A stretch of 53,797 nucleotides of DNA from the IMG/VR virus record IMGVR_UViG_3300020469_003502, positions 1 to 53,797 of that record; one strand, 5' to 3'. How positions within the stretch are numbered: position 1 is the stretch's first letter; each line of letters starts with the position of its first letter. The notes beneath the pieces were generated by a model. The model ran no database searches. It was not told the DNA's origin and saw only the letters and a program-made list of their open reading frames with translations. The translations under genes and the position numbers were made by a program. Positions 10,601 to 20,200 of the stretch are shown one piece after another. Origin of the DNA: a virus. Lineage: Duplodnaviria; Caudoviricetes.

Positions 10601-11273
10601 CATGCAATATGATAGAATCAGTGACATAAACAACCTAATAGATCCAGCAGTAACAAATATTGTAGACACTTATGTATTGCTTAACAGCTACGACAGTGAC
10701 TTTAGAACTTGGGCAAACTATGATGGAAGAAGTGAAACAAAACCTACTCCGCCAACTATTAGTGAACTTACAAATCTGTTTACTAGTTTAGAAACTAAAA
10801 AAGCAATTAGTGATCAGGTAATTTACAGACCTGTAAAATATAAAATACTATTTGGCGATTTAGCTAGTAGTGAACTACAGGCTAGATTCAATGTAACTAA
10901 AACTTCAAATAGTACACTCAGTGATACAGAAATAAAGCAAAAAGTAATTGCACTTATTACTGATTATTTTAATATAAACAATTGGGACTTTGGTGAGGAC
11001 TTTTATTTTACAGAAATGGCGGCTTACATACACAATAACCTAGTAGGTGAAATAAGTCAAATAACAATTCAACCAGTTGGCAGTGAAACTGCGGTAAGAG
11101 ACTTGTTTGAAATAACAAGCTTCGGTGACGAGCTGTTTCTACCAGTAGTTAAATCTAATAACATAGTTGTTGCAAACAGCGTAACAGGCAACAGTACAAC
11201 CATTGCAGAAAGTGCAAGTGTTAGTGTAACAGGCGGTGGAAGTAGTTCTGGTAGTTCGGGGAGCAGTTACTAA
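7689..11273 (+). CDS. gp6: Baseplate wedge subunit gp6-like
   Basis: YDYETIR...ENYLSTAERRDS...LGY, IVFGDGNFGNIP, ESITSIKANAP...QDRMVTADDY motifs. Confidence 0.85.
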   Translation: MAQGARQSSLFAAEDFSVVYESFSEANFQAYDYETIRNAMVDYINKNYPENYNDWINSSEFVSLIELMAFLGHNLAFRADLASRENYLSTAERRDSALRIAEFLGYTPTRNVVASGYLKIDSVKTNENVFDAGGQSLANTSVQFDDSSDPNSYQNFLTIMNAIFQSSSQFGSPYSKFSTSGASNEIYRTNSIANIAVRNFQNLVNNKSTSFSFHSVKANTASQVLEEKTPDPYGVIDLLYRNDNSGNTSSNTGFFVGFKQGSLEYQDFTIDEGISNIVLDINSDNVASGNVWVQTIDEVGTVQKSWTRVDKQFGANTIFNARSNNIRDVYTIASRENDQISIVFGDGNFGNIPRGIIRVWYRTGLNLTYTLQPSSFNNTNLIVEYVGSDGNNYNATFICSLKSNVTNASERESITSIKANAPRYFSTQDRMVTADDYSIFPVTVSENISKIKSVNRVHSGHSRFRDIYDPTATYNDATQYTDDAYVYENNVTNRSLISMPSTLTGAQIYDLHIKPLLSNPELKNFYYNRQGYTSTGYNSQSDFNNTTDGITVVNSTLNDETNVFRWNQVTKGANGCSGYFTYNTGGTVYVQRVGLTQTNSLKKASLNSLVEFISTPFKTGYISAITRVAGGSGYTSAPTVTISGSGTGATATAVVQSGAVDHIVVNNSGSGYDENTIVTISGGGGSSATATITVLDAPTQWVKIDRLYKDGIGDDDSAGAPTGLDNAGKGAVVLSGIINAGARVNRIVPVINTDLDKTTKADVVSKINAQNSFALRYDANAQLWKVIETSNIPANTIANNVATQWSRQYEADNSATGRDNSWLIRLNYSSTQWEVLTRRTQMVFGSTQKLKFGNLNFNETFSSETQKPQRDCLKVLSMNKTTDTNATPLGKDYKFNVFGYFTYQDGYTDPHNVRVTVADPENSDYPTDPESFNKVLAGQTIKLGTKTVDGFDYTVYDSNGTTTVNGKANLHMQYDRISDINNLIDPAVTNIVDTYVLLNSYDSDFRTWANYDGRSETKPTPPTISELTNLFTSLETKKAISDQVIYRPVKYKILFGDLASSELQARFNVTKTSNSTLSDTEIKQKVIALITDYFNINNWDFGEDFYFTEMAAYIHNNLVGEISQITIQPVGSETAVRDLFEITSFGDELFLPVVKSNNIVVANSVTGNSTTIAESASVSVTGGGSSSGSSGSSY

Positions 11274-14200
11274 TGAGCGAACGCAAATCAAATCCTAGTG
11301 TAGCACCACTAATTACAACTCCTGGTGCAAGTAAAAAATTTACTGGTACAAGAGATATTACTGGTTTACTACCTAACGTATTTCAAACAGAAGTTAATAA
11401 ACAATTCTTAGATTCTACATTAGAACAGTTGCTTTCCTCAGGAAGTCTACAACCTATTAAAAATTATGTAGGTCAAAAGTTTCTTAAAGATACAGTAAAC
11501 ACAAACTATATCGCAGACAATAGAGTAGATGACAATTATCAGTTTGTTCCTGCATTGGTTAACAAAGATGAAGCAAACAATAATGCAGTCACACAGGTAT
11601 TGCCATACAATGATTTTATCAATACACTAAAGTATAACGAAGTTGATGTAAACAATCACAATAAATTATTGGACGAAAAAGGCTATACACTTGACTTACC
11701 AATTAACTATGACATGTTTATTAACTACCATAGATACTATTGGGTATTAGATGTTCTTCCTGCTAGTAAACTACAATGTACAAGTTCATTTGATATTGAT
11801 ACTATTATTGGCGAAACTACATATACAACTCCAGTACAGAAAAATACTAGAGCATTGACATTTGAGAATGGTATGCGTGTTAAATTTGATCCACATACTA
11901 TTGATAGATTTACACAGAGTAGTGCAGTTAATACAACTTTTACAGCTACAGTAGCAAATGCTGAAACATTAAAAGTTTATAAAAATAATGTATTACAAAC
12001 ATTCATAACACATTACACATACGACAGCGTATCTGGTGTAGTTACCTTTGTTACTGCTCCAGCAGTCAATGAAGAAGTAGAAATACATACATTTTATTCT
12101 AAGAGTACAAGTGGTAATTATGCAGTAGGTGACACTTACATTGTTGATGGTGTAGGTGAACCCGGCGGAATAAAACTTACAAAGCAATTCACAAGTGGTC
12201 AAATAGAAGGCAGTTACGGTGATAGAACTTGGATAAATCATACAGTTTATAGTAGTCAAGAGCCTAGCGAATTTGACAGCGACAGGTTTGCTTTTGATAA
12301 AAGACCATTTGATTTACAAGAATATAAAATGACTACAAGAGATTACGTAGTTGAGCAAAGATACTCAGAAGATCAAAGTGCATGGGCAAGAAGTAATCTT
12401 TGGGTGCATGAACAAACTATTGCCAACAGTTTGATATACGACGGCTATGCAAACGTACAAGATAATGTTTATGCAATAGACAAATACAGAGCAGTTAGAC
12501 CAATTATTGAATACAAAGCCAGTATAGAAAAATATAACTTTGGTAAAAAACATATTGCAAATGTAACTTTTTTGATTGAAGATAATACAATCGACCCTAC
12601 TACAGCAATTGTAGGTCAAACAGCATATGATTGGAACATAAGTGGTATTAGTACTGCATGGACTCAAGGAGTCGGAGGTTCAGCAGTAGGTGATCAATAC
12701 TATGTTGACCTAGGAACTTCTCCTAATACAAAGCGTACTTATTGGCAGTGTATTAAAAATCATCCTACTGCAAGAAATCCTATTCATGGCGAGAATCATG
12801 AATATTGGAAACAAATAACGCCACAAGAACTTGAGAATGGTGATACTATTTTATTTTTGAGAAATACTAATGCAAACTACAATGAAAGAATATTCAGAGT
12901 TGGTGGTGTAGGTAGTTCTATTACACTAACAGAAATTTATGGTGCTAGCAGTACAGCAATTAGTACTAACGATAAAGTTGTTATTATAAATGGATTCAAT
13001 ACTACAAAATTCGACGATGGTGAAGAAGCAAAACCATTTGGCGGCAGTGAATGGTATTATAATGGCACTACTTGGGTTTATGGACAACAAAAAACACACA
13101 GAAGTGCAGGTATGCTTGTAGAGCTTTATGATTTAGATGGTGTGTTACTTAGTAATACAACAAAATATCCTGAGAATAATTTTACTGGTGCATGTATATT
13201 TGACTATGTACACAATGATTCTAACCCAATGGACGAAGCATTAGGTTTCAGTCCCAGCTATGCTGATTATGGAAATAGTCCAGGTCTAAATTTTAGCATG
13301 CCATTTTTAAGCACTAGACTTACATATACAAGAGTTAGTAGTGATGGATTACGCAGTCTCAATCAAGAGATACAAGGGGCATACTACTATAAAGATTTGT
13401 CTGGAGTTGCATACAATGGCTGGAGTATACTAAGAAATGGACAGCCTGTCAAGAGAACAATTAGTAAAACAGTTACAACTGAAAACAGTACTCAATCAAT
13501 GATTTTTAATTTAGGTTATACAGATTTTGCAACAGACAGACATATCACAATGTTCAAGCGTAACACATATATAGATGTTAAAACGCAAAAAGATACAAGT
13601 CTAACAAACAATATTAACGATGTCAATGGTAGACTTCCTGAATTGTTTTTTGCAACAAACACAACCTACAATATAACAACACAGTTCAATCAAGCAGACG
13701 TTGAATTTGTAAATATGGACGGTACTGCAATTGGTAGTGGATTGACACGTACAGCAGGAAGTGGAAATAACTTTACAATAGTAGTTGCTTCTCCAACTGT
13801 AAATGCAATCAAGTATAGACTATCTGCACTTCCTAATAGTTTTGGTGTAATTTATTTTAATACTATTGCAAATGATACTAATATTAAAGTATATAAAAAT
13901 AGAGAAGAAACAGATAATTATACACTGAGCAATAATATATTGACAATAAATGGCGGACTAGCAGTAGATGATATTTACGAAGTAGAGTATCATACACACA
14001 ACGCTTATAGTGATTCAGCTGAAGGATTTCAACAAGCTAGCGACACACACTTGTTTAATCCACAAAACAATAGTTTTACAAATATTACATTTGGTGATTT
14101 GATAGAACATATGCGTCAACAAATGACTGGCATTCCTGGGTTTAATGGTAGTTTCTTTGGAATCAACAATTATAGAAGTATTCCGCATGTACATGAATTT

Positions 14201-17200
14201 GGTGGAACAATTAGACAACAGCCATACAGTACTGAATTACTAAACCAATTACTTATGGATACAGATACAAACTTGTATGCCAGTATCAAACATGCAAGCA
14301 GTCACTATAGTATGTTCTTAAAGAAGTTTGCTACAAAAGCAATACAAATACACAAATCATTGGATATCACAAAAAGCACATATCAAATGGTTGACAAGAT
14401 TTTACAAGAAATGAATCTTGGCAAAAACAAAGACATGCAATTTGCACAAAGTGACATGGCAATGTACAGAGATTTTGAAAGCAAAGACTATAGTTTTCAA
14501 ACAACAATGACAAAAGTTTTTGATTTGCCACAAAGTGTTAACACCTATGACGATACAGAAAATCATGTGCAGGTTTGGGTGCAAGATGATGACGGCGCTG
14601 GTAACTTACGTTGGAGATCATTGGTAAAAGATATAGATTATACACTAGCAAGTAATAAAGTAACTATCACAGGTTTAGTAACATACCCTTCTAGTGGAGT
14701 AGCTAAAACACATATTAGGTGGTATAAGAGAGATAGTGTTAGCTTTGTTCCAAACAGTGCAGTAAAGCTAGGACTAATACGACCTTACACACCTGAATTG
14801 AGATCAGACTACAGCGTTGATAGCAACGGTACAGCTACAACTAATGTAATTGTTAGACATGACGGTAGTATACATGTTCGTAACGGAACAGAAATTTATG
14901 ATAGAAGCAGAGTAGGTTATGATCCAGTTGATGCCGCTATATTTGATTTAGAGTGTAGAATATACAATAATCTAAATGCAACATTGGATAACATAGACAA
15001 TATTAAAACATATATGCCTAATGCAAATAGAGCAAATAGATACACATGGACACAAATACAAAATAGTGTTGTAAGTGAATTTAACAAATGGAAAGTAGAA
15101 AAAAACTATACTGATTTACAAAGTTCAACTTATTATGATGGCAGTGACAAGTTTACTTGGAACTATAGCAGTGTAGGTCCTGGTATTGGAGGTTGGAGAG
15201 GACTATACATTTACCACTTCAATACAGATAGACCACATACTCATCCATGGGAAATGTTAGGACATAACAAAAAGCCAACATGGTGGGATACAAACTACAG
15301 TTGGACAAACGCTACAAAACGTACCGCATTGATAACAGCATTAAGATTTGGTAAAGTAAACGACCCAAGCGTTGATAACAACTTTGATATTAACTACAAT
15401 TATGATAATTATGATTGGGCTAACAATACATTGGTTACTAATGCTGGTGTGCTAAACGATCCAGACACAGCTAATGTTGTTGCTACACCAAGTGCGGCAA
15501 ATAGACAAAAAGATTTTGTATACGGCGACTGGGGTCCAGTAGAAGCAGAATGGAGACGTAGTCCAGAATATAAGATAGCTGAATTTTTATCTTTGGCAAA
15601 AACTAGACCATTAATTGCTGTAAACAACTATTTCAAAGTTAACGAAAGATCAACAAGAGATTTTAGTTCATCAGACAAGCCTCAGATTTACAGCACCAAC
15701 AGTAACAAACTTGACAACTTTAAAAACACTGGCGTGAGTGGTGTACTACAAACTGGTAAAATTATTGAAAGTGTTATAGTTAAAGATGGCGGCACAGGTT
15801 ATACCAGTGCTCCAACTATTGTAATTAATGATAACTTCGGTAGTGGTGCAATACTTACAGCATTTGTACAAGGCGGTAGTGTAGTAAGTGTTAGTGTTGC
15901 AAACGCTGGTAAAGATTACTACAATAATCCTAAGTTAACACTAAGCACAGGATCAGCAGTATTAGAAACAGTGCTTGCTGAATCTCCAAAAAGATACTTT
16001 GCTGGTTTACAAAATGCTGTAGTAGAGTATGCAAAATCATTGAGTACTAGTAGCAAAACAATTCAAACAAGAATGAAGAGTATGGATTACAATCCAATAG
16101 TTAAAGCAGGTGGATTTGTAAACAACAATCAAAAGTTTATGTTAGAAAGTAGCCAAGACAAAGGCAGAGTATTTGTGCCTGAAGAAAACTTTACAACAAT
16201 TTTATTCAATAGTAAACCAACTGCTGAATATTTCATTAGTGGAATTAAGATTGATAAAGTAGAATCAGGTTATAAAATAAATGGTTATGATAACGACAAG
16301 ATGTACTTTGAATACTTTGAACCAAACACAGCAAGTTCTTCTATAAAGCAAACATTTTCAGTTGATATATTCAGATACAGCGAATATAACACAACAAAAT
16401 CTATACTTAATTATAACACAATTTTTACAACAATACAAGAAGTATATAGTTTTATTTTAGGCTACGGTGAATGTCTAGCACAACAAGGCTTTACACAAAA
16501 CTGGAGAGGCAGTGCAACTAACTTTGTAAATTATGCTTTAGCTTCAGCAACAGATACACTTTATCTAATACCTGATAACAGTAAAATTATTGTTAGTGAC
16601 GGAGCAGATGGATACTTTGATAATTTAGAGTCAAAGTATGATGGTATATTCAATATTAACAATAAACTAGGACAGCGGATACAAAGCACTGATTTAATAA
16701 TTGATAGAAATTTAATGATACCCAACAGCGACACAGTGTTTAAGGTAAAACAATCAACTACACAAATATATGGACTAAGACTGTACAAGACCAGTGTTGA
16801 ACATTTAATTGTATTTGACAATACAACAAATTTCGATGATACAATTTATGATGCAAGTATTGGACAAAGACACAAACGCATACAGTGGAATGGAAGTAGA
16901 ACAAAAGACTGGAACGGAAAGTTTTATAGTCCTGGATTTATTATCAACAACAACAGTATCATTCCAAACTTTGATACAGTAGCTGAACAAACAGATCAAT
17001 ATTTGGGTAGAACTAAATCACTTACAAACAATCAAATAAGTGATGTTGCTAGATTTAATATTGGATACAATCAACCCACGTGGGCTAAAGATTTGGATCT
17101 TGATGACGATACACTTTTTGAATTTGTAAAAGGAACTTACAAGTACAAAGGTACAAAATATGCACTAGATGCATTTCTAAAAAACAAAGGGTTATTTGAC

Positions 17201-20200
17201 GGAGATAGTGTAGGAGAACTGTATGAAGAATGGGCAGTGCGTATGGGTGATTTTGGAGACACTCGTAGCAGAGATACACTAGAGTTTGAACTTACACCAG
17301 ACTTGTTAATTACAAGTCCACAGCCTGTAAGATTTTTTAACACACAAAAATATGATGTGCTAACAGACACTACAATTGATATTGACACAAAAAGTCCATT
17401 GTTAGTAACAGGTACACCAGGAGATTACTTTGATACTAGAGCAGTAAAAACATATACCGAAGCAGGCATTACACAAGAAGATGCGTTTGCAAATGACTAT
17501 GTGAGTGCAGGATTACCGTTGCTAACTGAAGCAGATTTTAAAGTTTTAAACAGAGAAGGCATGTTGTCTTTTCCAGATGTAATTAATAGCGAATATGACT
17601 TTACAGGCGATTGGCAAAAACCAACTCCTTGGGAAACTAATATAAGTTACAAGTTTAACGATCAAATTATGCACAATGGTAGCACATGGGAAATGGTAGA
17701 TCCAAAAGGATATTCAGGATTAACTAGTGCTAATCAACCCATTGAGGTAGTTGGTACAGTTAGTTTGCCTATAGTACCTGCAAGTGGAGGTACATTAATA
17801 TTAGATGGCAACACAATTAGTCTTACTAAAAGTGCAACACAAACAACACTTAATGTTATAAACAAAATAGGCACACAAGATATTGCCACTAGCAATGTAG
17901 TTACACACGGAAGTACGCTAGTATTAGGTTCAACTAGTGCTTTGAGTAGTACAATAACTTTTGCAAACAGTGTAAACAATGTTACATACAACAATATAAC
18001 CAAAGACGGAACAACAAGCAATCCTAGCTTTACAGGCAGTGCAACCAAAACATTAATCATTGATGGTAACACAATTACATTCGATGACACAGTCAGCACA
18101 ACAAACAATATCACTGCACAAACAGCATTAGAAAATGCTTTTAATGCAAACGGATTTAGTAGTGTTGCTACGCTGGCTACTAATAGAATAAATGCAATTG
18201 AATCATTGAGACTGGGTTATGTAAGTGCAAATAGTGCAAGTGCATGGACAACTTTTATGACAGACTATTTCAATCCAAGTAATGCTGGTATTGACTTAAC
18301 ACTTTTATTGAATGCATACAACACAAATCCAGCATATAAAACACAGCTGGGTTCACTGATAACCAGCGATGTAGCATTAATAAATGCTAAAACTGGAAAT
18401 AGTTATGTAGCGTCAGCAGTACTAAGTGGATCAACTGTAATTCCAAGCAGTGATATTACTGCTACACAAAATGCCGTTGATAACGGTACACACATGGCGG
18501 CACTAGCAACTTGGATTAAAGCTAATCCAACAGTTGTATTTGCAACAACTACAGTTGTTACAACAATAAGTGGAACTACATTTAAAACTTATACACTAGC
18601 AGATATAGTCAACAAGATTACAGCCGCAGGAATTGCTAACATTACTGCAAGTGCAAGCAGTAATTTTTTAAGATTAGTTAAAACAACTAGTACACCTACT
18701 GTAGCGTTTAACCTTGTAATTAGTGCAGGCACCGCAAACAGTGATGTGGGCTTTAGCAGTGTTACAGAAACTATTGCGGCAACAAGCAGTGTTACAGTAA
18801 CTACCCCAAATCTAACTATTGCACAAGTTGTACAACAAATTAATAATGCTGGTATATCAAATATTTCAGCAGTTATCAATAGTGCAAATACCAATTTACT
18901 GCAAATTAATTGTAATGCAAGTTCATTGTTTGTAGGCAGTGGTACTGCAAACAGTATTGTAGGGTTAACACAAGGTGTGACCCCAGCTGGTACTACTACA
19001 ACAACATCAAATATTGCACCGGATATAAATGATATTATTGACTCAATTAATACAGCAACCATCAGTGGTGTAACAGCAAGTAACAGCAACAATAGATTAA
19101 AGTTAACCAGTAACAATGCAATACTTGTTATAGGCGCCGGAACTAGCAATGCTAATGTAGGTCTGTCAGCACAAACTTATACAGCGTCAATCAGCACAGT
19201 TAGTAATGTGTTCAATGCTATCGTAAGTGGCGTTGAAGTGTTTAAAGAAATGACAAATGATCCTAATGTTTTTAGTATTTGGGTTGCAGACGACAGTGAG
19301 TTTGGTAGTTATAACAAAGGTTATCAAGTTTATCAAACCATGGATTTTGGAATGTATATTAGCAATGCATGTGCCGGACCAACAAATGCTGATGACGCAG
19401 AGGTTACAGTAGCACGTTCACCAAGCACGGCTACACAAGCACACAATTTGGTCTCAGGTGACTATGTATTAATTAGAGGTAGTACAACTACACCAAGCAT
19501 AGACGGAATACACAAAGTTACCACTGTAGACCTTGGTAATACAGCAAAGTTTTTCATTGATGAATATATTGAATCAGAAGGAAAACTTGGAAACATTTAC
19601 CCACTACGTCCTGTTAGATTTAACAGCAAGGCTGAACTAGATACTGTATATAATTCAAAAGTAAACGGAATATACAAATATAATTTCAACGGAGTAAGAC
19701 AGAATAACAGTTTGAATAAGATTAACATATTTGTAGATGATGATGGTTATGACAAGAGTGCAGTATACACTTGGGCAGGTGACTATACTGATGCAAACGG
19801 ACACCACAATGGTAGCTTTACCCAAGCTCGTGTAGGACAAGCACAGACAACACCTTCGACTAATTTACAAGTAAAATTATACGATGCTAGTGCAAGAACT
19901 AGTATTGCTAATTTAGAGATATGGGATCCTGCAAAAGGTATTATATTTGGCTTTATAGACAAAGAGATTGATTATAAACTAGTAAATGATATTGGTAGCT
20001 ACAACTTCAATACTCTCAACGGAGAGATGACCAACATAAATGCTTGGAAAGATGAATATGTTGGAGTGCGTTGGTGGGATTTAAGCACCGCTGTTTACCT
20101 TGATTACGAACAAAGCATTATCGAATACCAGCAAACAAACTGGGGAAGACTATTTCCAGGTGCAAGTATAGATGTATACGAATGGACAAGATCCACAGTG

